Notes: generated from the letters alone by a model not told the origin. Shown: positions 11,427 to 23,771, counted from the stretch's first letter. The stretch is DNA of 33,341 nucleotides from Octopus bimaculoides (GCF_001194135.2 NC_068981.1:50837480-50870820), one strand, 5' to 3'. A program made the numbers and translations.

Positions 11427-11456
11427 GCCCTAAAATTCACTCTATAAATTGCCAAC

Positions 11457-11529
11457 GGGCATATGGCGTAGTGGTTAAAAGTGCGGGCTACTAACCCCAA
11501 GATTCCGAGTTGGATTCTGAGCAATGACC
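11457..11529 (+). promoter_or_regulatory. tRNA-derived segment with Pol III A/B boxes directly after the PLE ORF
   Basis: A-box TGGCGTAGTGG (11464-11474). B-box-like GTTGGATTC (11509-11517), one change from GTTCGATTC. Anticodon-like arm ggg-ctactaa-ccc. Not an intact tRNA. Confidence 0.7.
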
Positions 11530-11616
11530 TGAACAACAACAACAATAATAATAATAATAATAACATCGAAAAATACCTTAGGAGTGAGAATCCAGGTTCA
11601 GGTTCGATATTTCCTC

Positions 11617-11659
11617 AACACACCTGAAGAGGGTAGTATATCAGCCAAAACGGTGTGTT
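11617..11659 (+). ncRNA. Decayed minimal hammerhead at the end of the PLE terminal region
   Basis: acac-CTGAAGA-gggtag tata tcagcc-AAAA-cggt-gtgt. CUGANGA is intact and stem I is ACAC/GTGT. GAAA is mutated to AAAA and stem II is only partly paired. Confidence 0.55.
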
Positions 11660-11711
11660 AACAACAAACAAGATGAGGAAAATATATCTGTCGAATGTAA
11701 ATAATGTAATG

Positions 11712-12204
11712 TGAAGTTTTGTATTAAAAAATGATTAACCGATGTTGATAAATTTGTTTGTTGGTTGATCAAAAGTTTTATCTCTTTTCTGGCTATTTTA
11801 GACTTTACACACACAAAATCATCAAAAGCCACAAACAACCAAAATCACTGAAAAAGATCCTCACAAAGGCAAAATTACTTTCCGAAACAACAGATGCGAA
11901 AGTAAACAAATGTGGACGACCAAATTGTGCAACATGCCTAAACATTCTAGAAGGTTCAGAATTCCTCTTCAAAGAGGGACACAAATTCAAAGTTAAATCT
12001 AACTTGTGCCTCAGAAAATCTTATTTATGTAATAAGATGTTCGGGCTGCCACGAGAACTAAATAGGGTCCACAGGATTATCGCTCAGACGTAGATGCACT
12101 CTGCACCGCCAGCAGATTGCACACCCAGAATACCGAATGATACCTTTTAGTGATCATATTGAAAAATGCGCAAAACAAATGCTACCACAATTTATAATCT
12201 TTCC
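11712..12204 (+). mobile_element. Penelope-like element (Neptune-like), linker plus GIY-YIG fragment, ending at a gap
   Basis: HKIIKSHKQPKSLKKILTKAK...KCGRPNCATCLNILEGSEF (Cys-rich linker of Neptune-type PLEs), then after a frameshift ASENLIYVIRCSGCHEN*IGSTGLSLRRRCTLHRQQI...SDHIEKC. Confidence 0.88.
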
Positions 12205-12581
12205 NNNNNNNNNNNNNNNNNNNNNNNNNNNNNNNNNNNNNNNNNNNNNNNNNNNNNNNNNNNNNNNNNNNNNNNNNNNNNNNNNNNNNNNNNNNNNNNN
12301 NNNNNNNNNNNNNNNNNNNNNNNNNNNNNNNNNNNNNNNNNNNNNNNNNNNNNNNNNNNNNNNNNNNNNNNNNNNNNNNNNNNNNNNNNNNNNNNNNNNN
12401 NNNNNNNNNNNNNNNNNNNNNNNNNNNNNNNNNNNNNNNNNNNNNNNNNNNNNNNNNNNNNNNNNNNNNNNNNNNNNNNNNNNNNNNNNNNNNNNNNNNN
12501 NNNNNNNNNNNNNNNNNNNNNNNNNNNNNNNNNNNNNNNNNNNNNNNNNNNNNNNNNNNNNNNNNNNNNNNNNNNNNNNNN

Positions 12582-12623
<42 letters not shown>

Positions 12624-12736
12624 CGCGCGTGTGTGTATGCATATCAACATATATGAAATAGTATAAATTAAAACCGAAGGTCCTGCAGACCTTTCTTTGA
12701 TTTGTATGTGTTATTATATTTAAAATATCATCAGAC

Positions 12737-12806
12737 CTCTGTTCAAATATCAATATGCTCAGGAACTCTTCTTTCCAATTTATGCGCTGCACATAATCTT
12801 CAAGGT
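12737..12806 (-). CDS. Weak candidate internal exon of an unidentified minus-strand gene
   Basis: ttcAG|ACC...CAGAG|GTctga flanks; 70 nt, (D)LEDYVQRINWKEEFLSILIFEQ(R). Splice signals are weak and no homology was recognised. Confidence 0.2.
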
Positions 12807-13377
12807 CTGAATTCAGTAAAATCATTATTGATTTTGTGCGTATATATTCCGTTGGTTTTCATAAAATTTGATGAGAGTTGTTTTTTTTATTCTTTCGTAC
12901 TAATAACACTTTTCATGATTTATTAAAATGCATAGCTTTCATGGCAAATGATATGAAACCCATTCCTAAAGTATATTTCATAGCCACTATGCGACATTAC
13001 ATGTTTTGCAAGCTTAGTCAAATGAAAGGAGGGTGATATTTTAGTGTGATGTTAATTTTTGTTATACCATTCATGCTTTTTTTTTTGTACATATATTTCA
13101 GTTTTGTTTTCAGTTGGTATATGTTATTTAGTTTTATAGAATGCATTTCAAAGAGTTAAAAAAAAAAGTTGGCTTTGGTTGTTGCTGAGAGAAATAATTT
13201 CATCAAAATCTATACCACACAGATAATTTGGAGGAAGTAAATTTATAGAGTCAAAACTAAAGGTGTTGATTTCGCGTTACAAATTAACCACACATGAAGC
13301 AAAATGAAAAGAAAGTCTAAAACAAAAAAATATCACGTTGAAGAGCAATAAAACGCAACGCACAACAAACACATATA

Positions 13378-13423
<46 letters not shown>

Positions 13424-15147
13424 NNNNNNNNNNNNNNNNNNNNNNNNNNNNNNNNNNNNNNNNNNNNNNNNNNNNNNNNNNNNNNNNNNNNNNNNNNNNN
13501 NNNNNNNNNNNNNNNNNNNNNNNNNNNNNNNNNNNNNNNNNNNNNNNNNNNNNNNNNNNNNNNNNNNNNNNNNNNNNNNNNNNNNNNNNNNNNNNNNNNN
13601 NNNNNNNNNNNNNNNNNNNNNNNNNNNNNNNNNNNNNNNNNNNNNNNNNNNNNNNNNNNNNNNNNNNNNNNNNNNNNNNNNNNNNNNNNNNNNNNNNNNN
13701 NNNNNNNNNNNNNNNNNNNNNNNNNNNNNNNNNNNNNNNNNNNNNNNNNNNNNNNNNNNNNNNNNNNNNNNNNNNNNNNNNNNNNNNNNNNNNNNNNNNN
13801 NNNNNNNNNNNNNNNNNNNNNNNNNNNNNNNNNNNNNNNNNNNNNNNNNNNNNNNNNNNNNNNNNNNNNNNNNNNNNNNNNNNNNNNNNNNNNNNNNNNN
13901 NNNNNNNNNNNNNNNNNNNNNNNNNNNNNNNNNNNNNNNNNNNNNNNNNNNNNNNNNNNNNNNNNNNNNNNNTGTGTGTATATATATATATGTATATACA
14001 TACGTACATATGTGCGTGTGTGTGTCTGTGTGTATTTGTTTATCAATGCCAACAACAGAAAGAGAGCTTCGAAAAAAAACTACCTATCTTGTCAGGAAAA
14101 TAAAAGAAAAGACTAGTACATATTTTCCAAAGTTACTTGTCTCAGTTTATTTTTATGACAAATTATTAAACTATGAGTTTCCATAATTTTTATTGTAGAA
14201 GATGCATGATTGCTATTTTAATATTAATAGACTCGACACGTGACGCAACCTTTGCCAGATTACTAATCTAATGTTTTTATTTGTTTTTGTTTTTTTTTAT
14301 ATATTTTTCATTTAGCATCACACTTTCCACGACGCACGAAATATTTAATATATTACTTTCTGGCATATCTGACCAGAAAAATATATTGATTCTATAATGA
14401 TTTGTCTACGTCCAATTTCCCATCTACTATAGAATATTTAATGTGTTTACATAGGCAAAAATAGTTTATTTTCTTTGGTCTTTTCAATAACGTGACACTG
14501 ATATTGTATCGATTACGAATTATTTCTTGAAATAAAATATTTTCTAGTCAACTGGAGGTAAATCAATAGGGAATTGTCTACACAGCCTTTCTTTCCTTTT
14601 TTCCTATTAATGCTCCATATAATAAACCACTTCGTATTCCTCTGCTATTGAAATACTAACTTCTTCACATACACTTCTCTATCTATATTTACAGAATTCT
14701 GAATGAAAGGAAATCTATTGAAAACAGATGAACCAACGGAAATAATAGGGATGCAATTGCCTCTCCGCTATGCTGTTCTTGCTTTGTTTTCTGATACAAA
14801 AGTTGTTCAACATAACGTAATCCAGAAAGTGATGAAGATGATAATGTCTTTTCAAGGACTTATATGCTTTCTGTTTGATCTGCACTGCTGTATGCTGTAA
14901 CACAGCTGTATGTGATCTACGTTGAAGATTTAGTGTTTATAGATACATGAGTAAAACGAGTATTTCAGTCATCTGATAGACTAAGGTTGGTCAGTAATAT
15001 ATTACATTCGCTACCATAGATAATTATTGCAAAACTGACAGAAACCTGTATTTTTTACGATGTTCGTTTTTAATAATATATTTTTCTGAATTAATGCATA
15101 TATACTACTCACGTGTTTTGTCATTCAATTCAGTTACAACCAAATGG

Positions 15148-15318
15148 TCAAGAAATTGCCATAAACAACTTCCGAATCACTAGCGAGAGCAATACAGAGA
15201 TAAATACATAGAAATGTTGACTGATTGACCATAACAACTTAATGCCAAATACTCGAAAGGCAGCCGCGTATTGAGAAATATATGCATACATATATGTGTG
15301 TGTGCTTGTGTGTATTTG

Positions 15319-15359
<41 letters not shown>

Positions 15360-15535
15360 GTATATATGAGTGTACGCGTGTGTGTGTATGTATATATACA
15401 TATATATGATCGTATATTCATATATATATATGTAGATATATGAATATATATGCATATATGTGAATGCATACTTATATATGCTTATGGAGGGGTGATTTGC
15501 TGTGCTTTACATGTAATATATATGTGTGTGTGTAA
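15148..15535. repeat. Low-complexity (CA)/(TA)/(TG) tract
   Basis: Direct; core (CA)n at about 15323-15355. Confidence 0.8.
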
Positions 15536-15599
15536 GTAAGATTAATACTCGCGCAGATGTTACGCAATGGACATCAGGATTTCTCTATGCCTGAGCATT

Positions 15600-15990
15600 T
15601 GTTGCTGCCTGCTGTTATTGATCTGTATAGAAGCCTCTTATATAAATGCACAGAGCACACACAAGGTGTTCAGTATGTCTATATAGGTGCAAACTCTGAA
15701 GCATTTAAGTATCAATATCGCAACCACATCTCAAGCTTCAAAAACGTAACTACGAAACATGCAACATCGCTGGCGGCTTTTCTGTGGAAATTAAAACCAG
15801 ACGTTAATTAGGAACTGCCCTGGGTACTTTTAAGACAACCATACATCCATAGACAACCATACATCGACCCGTTTTGCGGATGTGTGGATTGTGCTCTGAA
15901 GAAACTTTGTCCATTCTATTAACAAGAGAAAGATTCATCAACAAATTATTCGACAGGATTGCACGCTGCATACATTCATCCATTTCAGTA
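15600..15990 (+). mobile_element. Penelope-like element, Naiad/Chlamys-like GIY-YIG fragment
   Basis: SLLYKC...YVYIGANSEAFKYQYRNHISSFKN...TSLAAFLWKLK, then W...MCGLCSEETLSIL...INK....RCIH. This matches the FK.RY.NH..SF, LS..IW.LK and C.LC..E..I...LNK.....C.H layout I know from the Naiad/Chlamys group. A GT/AT-rich tail follows to about 16290. Confidence 0.75.
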
Positions 15991-16295
15991 GGAATACCCA
16001 ACAACTCTTAGTCATAAACAGCCAAACTGGTGTACCCCAATACTGTAATAAACACCATACACTGAACACCAGGATACATTTATGTGTATGTATACATACA
16101 CGTATGAATCTACGAGTGCCTATGTATATGTACATGGATGCGGATATCTCGATATGTATGGATATATATGTATATGAAAGCGTATATATACGTATGTGTA
16201 CGTCGTCTATATGAATATGTATGTTTGTGTGTGTGCGAGTGTGTGGGGTCGATGTGTGCGTGCTCGGGCATGAATATATTTATATATAATGTATG

Positions 16296-16338
<43 letters not shown>

Positions 16339-17037
16339 NNNNNNNNNNNNNNNNNNNNNNNNNNNNNNNNNNNNNNNNNNNNNNNNNNNNNNNNNNNNNN
16401 NNNNNNNNNNNNNNNNNNNNNNNNNNNNNNNNNNNNNNNNNNNNNNNNNNNNNNNNNNNNNNNNNNNNNNNNNNNNNNNNNNNNNNNNNNNNNTATATAT
16501 AATGGAACTGTGATTATGTATATCAGAAAAAAATATATGAAATAATATGTTGGAGTTTTATGGTTTTTATAGTTATTTATGTTATATAATATTATTTTAT
16601 TTTATATATTACATTCATAGTATTTAATGTAATATAAATAAATTATTGGATTGTCAATAATATATCTCTATATTTAATTTATCTTTATATATATCTATAT
16701 ATATAAAATTGATTTGTATCTGTGTATGTCTGTGTCTGTATATAAATGTATATATGTATGTGTGTGTGTGTGTGTGTGTGTATGCGTGTGTGTATGAGTA
16801 TGTGTGCGCGCGCGCGTGTGTGTGTATGTTTGTGTGTCTACGTTGCCAAGAATGATACGCATGACCAACTATCAAAGAACTACAAAGCCTTTAGAGCGCT
16901 TTTCATTCAAATGCTATCATGATCTTCCTATTTATTATTTTTTTTATCCTTTACCTACCACTATTCGAATCATACCAAACATCCTGCTTCATTATTTGAT
17001 TTGTTAACTACTATAAACGCACGAAACATACAGATGA

Positions 17038-18184
17038 GTTCAATGCAGTAAATGTCGTGTTTCGATCTGCCTTCGATGTGCCACAAGCTTTCAAAAGATC
17101 CCAGGTCAAAAAAAAAAGGACATCGTACTTCTATGATGGATAAACTCTGAGAAACGGTCCAGCTACCAAACTGGTCATTTCAGTGTCTGACTTCTGTGTC
17201 CTTTTCTACCATTAATGCTGAACAGCAACAATAAGAACCGACAAACGTGTCCTCCTCTGCCATTGCTGCTGAACAGCAACTAAAACCGACTACGTCTCCC
17301 AATACCAATTCTGTTGATGAAGAACAAGAACAAAAACTAAAGCCGCCCTTGTCTTCCTCCCCTGTCACTCTTCCACAACAGCAACAAAAATCGACCATTC
17401 CTGTTGAAGAACATCAACAAAACTAAAGCCACCCGTGACTTCCTCCCCTGTCATTCTTCAACAGCAACAACAACAAAAATGTACATTGCAGCCGAAGAAC
17501 ATCAGCAGGAACAAAATCCAACTATGCCCTCTTCTCCTGACACTTCTCAATTCCAACAAAATTCGACCAACAGTACAGAAGTTGCAGAAATTCGAGAAAT
17601 GTTTTCTACTTTAAGCCTAGAAATAGCAGGAATCACAGCCAGCATCTGTAAAAAATGTCACAATGAAGAATCGTATCGCAATGCCTTGCTCAACAATTTA
17701 CCCGTAGCTCTTACTGAACCTAGCCACGTCGAGGAAGCCACTGAATCAACCACTCATGAGGTAATTGTCATCGGAATATCGGAAGATATAGTTGATCTAC
17801 ATGCATTTACTGGCAACAAATCTGGCACTTCCTCCAAAAAGTGTTTTCTGCCTTGGTCGACCAGGATCCAAACCCGGATTGATTAGGCTGTCCTTTTCGA
17901 ACTCCACTGAGGCGCGGGCATACAATCTAGCCGCTGATACGGCTCGGCGTGAAAACAGAATTACCTTCCAGACACGCCCTGGCCTACCACCTGATGTACG
18001 CGCAAAGCTAAGAACTGTAGCTTCCATAAATCGCAACTCTGTGCCACAGCAAATATTTAGCCTACGCGACGATGAGCAAATATGGAAATTCGTCAAGTCT
18101 GGTGAGTCATGGATAAGGAATATCAGTTGGTCTGAGCATACTGCACACACAATAACCGGCAATACAAAGATCATGGGAAACTAA
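17038..18184 (+). mobile_element. CR1-type LINE ORF1, decayed: PHD-like finger, Q/E/P repeats and C-terminal domain
   Basis: VQCSKCRVSICLRCA...PNWSFQCLT(S); repeated I.AE(E)QQ..KPT.SSSP units; VIVIGISED; LGRPGSKPGLIRLSF...TRPGLPPDVR. Directly precedes the APE domain. Confidence 0.65.
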
Positions 18185-18224
18185 ACAAGAACAATAAGCC
18201 ATCCCCTGTATATCATCATCATCT

Positions 18225-20250
18225 GAAATCTAGATACAAACTGTTGTCCTTAAATGCCCGTAGTTTATGCAACAAGGTACATCTTGTTGACTCTTACGTC
18301 AAACGTATCGACCCAGATTTCATCACAGTTACGGACACATGGGCACATTCCGCACTCTGTGATGGGTTTTTCAGCATAGCCGGCTAGAACCTGTTCCGCA
18401 AAGACTGCATTAATCACCGTGGTGGGTGTGTGATGGTCTACATATGTTCAAACCTAACGGGAATTCCTTGTGATGATTTGAACCAATCTCAACAGGATGT
18501 ATTTTTCTGCAATATACACATGACCATATCAACACTTCTACTTGGAGTTGTTTACCGCCACCAAAATTATCATCAAGACACACACCTTTTTGATATCCTC
18601 AGAGTTGCTGCCATCAAAACAGCCACTTCTGTTTATATTGTAGGGGAATTCAATTTCCCTGAGATTGAATGGGAGGCCTTCCGTTGGCCGCAAAGTGTAG
18701 ACGATTTCCTTGATCTAGTACTGAATTCAAATTGGTCCCAAGTCGTTACCTCGCCCATAAGGGGTAACAACACTTCGGATCTGCTATTTACCACTTCTCC
18801 TGAAACAATTATTAGTGGCAATACTGAGGAACCTTTAGGTGACTCTGATCATTCCATGATCATAGCCGACTTGTCTCTGATTGTTTGTAACAAAAACCAC
18901 AACCATCTTCAAGCTGCCCCCTTTAATTGGAATAAAGCAGACTGGAACCCTTATTGTACCGAACTGCGACGCCCAAACTGGCTCGAATTTTATGTCTATG
19001 GAGATGTGAACACTATACTTCAGAACATTCTGAATTCAATATGGACAGCATGTGCAGCATCGGTAGCACGCAAGCACAAAATCACCCAATAGTGCAATGT
19101 GGGAGAATGCAGCAGTCCGATTTGCCAGGAAAGAACGCCGTAATGCTGAACAGGAATACAAAATGCACAAATCAGAGATCAACAGGCAAAAGCACAATAG
19201 ATCATCCAACCATCTCAAGCAGGTGACTTAAAAAGGCAGTGCTTGAATTCAGACAGTGCATAGCATCTAACCCTGACAGCAAAGTGTTCTAGAAGTATGT
19301 ACATTCAAAGCAGAGACCTCACTCTCTAGTTGGTCTCATTCGCAATCCCCCCACAGGCCAGATTATTGACAATCCCAAAGAATGTGCAGAATTTATTGCT
19401 GGATGCTATGCAGGCATCTTTACTATCGAAAATCAAAATGTTCTCTCTCCATCACCTCTGACATCGGACACTATAACTACAATGAAATTTACACCAGCAA
19501 TGATACAACGCCACCTTAAGAATAAATATAACTGTGCCTCTCCTGGTCTCAATGGTGTTACATACCTACTTCTCAAACGTGGTGGGTACTTTCATCTGAA
19601 CCAACATTCACTATTCTTTCACTTCTGTTTTGACAATGGTGTTACTCCAGAGCAGTGGAAAACTGCCAGTATTATCCCTCTGTTCAAGAAAACTGACCGC
19701 ACATCGCCTGTCAACTATCGCCCCGTCAGTCTTACTAGTTGCATCGCCAAACTGATGGAATCCTGTGTCAGAGAAACCCTCTGGAACATCTGGAAGTCTC
19801 ACAGCCTCATCCAGCCGTCACAATTTGGATTTATTCCTAACTCCAGCTACTGTAATCAACTCATCCAGTTTCTTGAGGTCATAATCCGAATCACTGATGG
19901 CGGATCCTGGGTGGATGTTGTTTACCTGGACTTTGCTAAGGCTTTTAATTCAGTGCCACACAAAAGACTTATGATGAAACTCTCTGCAATGGATGTAAGA
20001 GATGATCTCTATAACTGGTTGAAGTCCGTCATTATCGGCCGAAAAGCGGTTGTCACAGTTCTAGGACAGCACATTTCACCCTATGAGATGACATCTGGTG
20101 TACCACATGGATCTGTTCTTGGACCCCTTTTATTTGTTGCGTATATTAATGACATAGATGTCAACTTAAAGAATGCCACAGTGCTAAAATATGCAGAAGA
20201 CATCAAGCTGTACCTCGAAATAAAGAGGACAGATTTTGGCCTTAAGCATA
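18225..20250 (+). mobile_element. CR1-type LINE ORF2 (APE endonuclease plus RT), decayed and 3'-truncated
   Basis: LSLNARSLCNK; VTDTW; GEFNFPEIEW; RGNNTSDL; LGDSDHSMI; WKTASIIPLFKKTDRTSPVNYRPVSLTSCIAKLME; QFGF; YLDFAKAFNSVPH; SGVPHGSVLGPLLFVAYIND; KYAEDIKL. Homology stops just after the YADD-equivalent motif. Confidence 0.95.
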
Positions 20251-20441
20251 CGTAGTATATCATAAAGAGTTAAATACTTAAACACAACAATCTCACTTAA
20301 CTTGCATTTATGCAATTATCCTTGCATTATATACATATACATATATTTAAGAAATAATCGAGATTCCGTAGAATTAGGTACTTAAATTGAGGCACCAAAG
20401 CAGTTCGGTAAAGTCCTCATAGCTTGTAGTTAGGTGAATAA

Positions 20442-20829
20442 AAAGCAAATAAGTAACAAGGATGTCCAGGTATCAGTGCATTACAACCCGTTTCAAGTGG
20501 GCTCCATTTAGGCAGATCAATGAAAAACATGACATCAATTTGAAATAAACTGCTCTCCCGGGTGCAGCCAACCATAAGAATAGACTATTTTTCATTAGTA
20601 CAACTTACATCAGTACTACCAACCAAAATAATTACAATATTTTTCCCTTCTATTTCTGTGGCAGAATGAATTTAATAAATAAGTAATGCATCCCTACAGC
20701 CCACTATGATTTGGAGGAGCATATTGGAATTGTGGGAATCAAGAACGGGTCATGCTTGACTCCCAACGATACCTGGACATCCTGACTTTATGCACTGATA
20801 TACGGACATCCTTGCCACTTATTTGCTTT
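20442..20829. mobile_element. MITE-like element with 40-bp terminal inverted repeats
   Basis: 20442-20481 aaagcaaataagtaacaaggatgtccaggtatcagtgcat vs the reverse complement of 20790-20829, 35/40 by my count. An extra subterminal copy gatacctggacatcct is at about 20768-20783. No ORF. Confidence 0.75.
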
Positions 20830-21489
20830 ATATATATATATATTTGTATATTTTTACTTTTATGTAGAGATTTAGCTAATGTAATTCTATCGAAGTTAAG
20901 TACAAGAATCTTTTATTGTTTTTTTTTTGTATGTCCTTTATATCAGAGTTTAGTGTATATTACAAGCCATTTTGTTCCTACTGAATTTTATATTACTAGA
21001 CATAGCTACAAAGGTATTTAAACTTTCAAGGTATTTAAATGGTGAGGTTAGACATGTGTGTTCCTATACTAGCTGAATCAGAGAACGTGGTCTTTCATTA
21101 CAGACATTTTATGATGTCTAATTTTTACAATGTTGGTTTCGTGTAGTATTTATTTGATGGTTTAGAATTACCTCAGATGTTTAGGTTGAGCTATGCATTT
21201 CCATGTTTACAGACGATAGTTCCTGACTGTGTAGTACTCTATACTTTTGGAGCGGTACTAGAGTAAGTTGCAATTTTACTAAATATACATAGCCGAGTGA
21301 AATATTCATCGTGATATATCTGCAGCTGCATTTTCATTTCTTAATCTCTCATATATGTAGCAAAAGTTTTGCTGAAAAACTATGGCCCGATTGATTTAAA
21401 AATTCGACGCCACTCTCTTTCGAAAACCTATACCTGACTACAATCAAATGCATTTATCTTTTTGTTTCATTTCATGATTCTTTCTCGAT

Positions 21490-21880
21490 GAAGAGATAAT
21501 TTTCTGTGCTGCCATTTGCAATTAAAGCTTATGTAATTATCATTTTGCTATTCATCCAATCTGAGTGGATAAAATAATTACCAGTCAAATACTAGAGTCG
21601 ATCTCATCGACTAATCCACTTCCCTCCCCACAAAAATGATGTACTTGTGTGCAAATGAGCAAGCATTACTAATTGTAGATTAGCAGAATCATAGCGGATT
21701 TCGAAAATATGTCTCACTATATTTTTTTCCGGATCTCTATGTTTCTGATTTCAAACTCAGCTGAACTCAGCTATGCTCTTCCCCACACAGTGGTCCATAA
21801 AGTCAGATAGTGTAGTGTGTGATACCGACTAACCTTTTCCCCCAAACTCCAGGCCTCGTGCCTACATTGGAATAGGGCAT
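21490..21880 (+). mobile_element. Two decayed tandem copies of a tRNA-derived SINE (about 21490-21640 and 21670-21880)
   Basis: Related to the reverse complement of 23565-23771: ttcatcc...gataaaataattaccagtcaaatactagagtcgat..atcgactaa; gcagaatc.tagc...ttctgatttcaaactc...cgactaacc...ggcctcgtgccta. Confidence 0.55.
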
Positions 21881-22029
21881 TGCATTGTTATTCCTTAATA
21901 CCATGAGTTCATGTATATATTAATATAACAATTAATTTCTTCAGGATCGTTCAAACGTGAAACTATTGTGGTTTGGTCTTGATGTCTGACCGCGTATCTA
22001 GTGATTCTGTTTCAAATCACCGCTTGATA

Positions 22030-22073
<44 letters not shown>

Positions 22074-22100
22074 NNNNNNNNNNTATATATGTATATGAAT

Positions 22101-22153
<53 letters not shown>

Positions 22154-22183
22154 AATATATATATATACAGAGAGAGAGAGGAC

Positions 22184-22216
<33 letters not shown>

Positions 22217-23564
22217 GAGTGAGAGAGAGGCAGACAAACAGATAGGCTGACCACCAGAGAAGTGAGACGTAATCTATATAGGACTGATTTGATTTTTATA
22301 TTATATATTTGTTTTAACATTATGCAAAAATGTAAATAAATTTCGAATAATGTCAAGAAGCGATTCATAGATTTGGGGTGAGGGGTAATTTCGCGTAAAG
22401 TACAACAATTTTACTTCAGAATACAGTTTTCATTTCGAATTGGAGTTGAAAACATAAATTAAGAATAGTCAGAGATTTTATAGTAATGACTTTTTTTGGT
22501 TTTAAGATGTTTATAAATAAGCAGTTACCTCGCTTGTGAACCAACGTGATGACATTGCTTCTGTAAAGGCATAAAATTATGTTGCCAGACAAAATTGTCG
22601 AATGTTTTAGAAAGCTTTTTTGTTTAAACTATTGCCTTGGGTGTGTTTTCATTTTACTTTTACCATAGCTTTGTTCTTTATTGCTTTTATATCTTGCATA
22701 TATGTTTTACTGTATATTTGTTCATTTTCATCTACTAGATTTTATGTATGACATAAAACAAGCATTTCCAAAACAACTTGGTTTGTCGGATTTTTTTAAT
22801 ATTTTTGTTTCGCGTAATGGTAATCGCAGCGTAAAAATTATTGGAAAAACAAAAATTTAGTGCATATAAAGACATATGCTAGCATCTGTACAAATACACC
22901 AGCTGAAAAAAGGGTATTTCAAAATTTGCCACTTAACTTCGATGTGTGTGAGTGTGTGTCTATGCATGAGTTCATGTGTGTCTACTTTTAACAATAGTGA
23001 TAGCATAAGGTATATAATTTACAATGATGAAATGCAGTTACTCAAAGAGTTGTGTATTGCAGTATGTTGATTGTGATTTAATAGTTCTACTGGTGGAAAA
23101 CAAAGTCATTTATGTTGAAGGTATGCTGGATATAATTGGTATTGATCTGTTCCGGCGACGGGTTGGATGAGTTACTTTGTCATGCAACTTTATGTAGCTC
23201 TTTCCTGTAAGCATTTCTTCATTGTCTTCAAGTGCAGATAGAAGTTTGGAGTTTCTTTCTCAGGATTCTGTGATCCATTTTCATTAGAGTGCATTCCTTT
23301 CTGTTGGTAAATTAATTTCCATTTACAAACGTTTTAGAAACTTAGTGGATCTTCGAACCTCACGAGTCACTTAAAAAGGTTGTTTCAAATTCAAAGAAAT
23401 ACATCACATGTACCAATTTTCGATTTATAGAAAATATACCGGCTTGTTATCTGTGACATTCGTATGGATATCTGTAGGTCCGAATCAATTAAAATAGTTT
23501 GATTCCTTAATATCAAATATGATATTATATAATAATATTCATTTTATAAAACTGATTTCAAATT

Positions 23565-23771
23565 TTAGCACAAAGCCGACACGTTAAGAATAGGATTCAA
23601 AACGATTATATCGACCCTTGTGCTCAACTGTTACTTATTTTATTATTTTAATGACCCCAGAAGGGTAAAACGCAAAATCGACCCCGGTGTAATTTGAACT
23701 CAGAAGGAAAAAGCGGATGAAATTCCGCTCATGTTTACCCGGAGTGGTAGCGATTCTGCAATCTAACCGCC
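23565..23771 (-). mobile_element. tRNA-derived SINE (octopod OR/OK-type; family name uncertain)
   Basis: Minus strand GGCGGTTAGATTGCAGAATCGCTAC (A-box-like)...TTCTGAGTTCAAATT (B-box-like)...GGGTCGATTTTGCGTTTTACCCTTCTGGGGTC...AAGTAACAGTTGAGCACAAGGGTCGATATAATCG. It resembles the abundant cephalopod SINE as I recall it. Confidence 0.75.

Noticed and set aside
11457-11529. Possible functional tRNA gene
   Set aside because: Acceptor and anticodon stems pair poorly and the B box is mutated; kept only as tRNA-derived.
14703-14903. Overlapping short ORFs with an acidic ESDEDDN stretch after a pyrimidine tract
   Set aside because: Stops in all frames near the putative acceptor; no motif identified.
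23176-23300. Possible minus-strand exon with AG/GT flanks
   Set aside because: All three frames contain stops between the splice sites and no homology was recognised.
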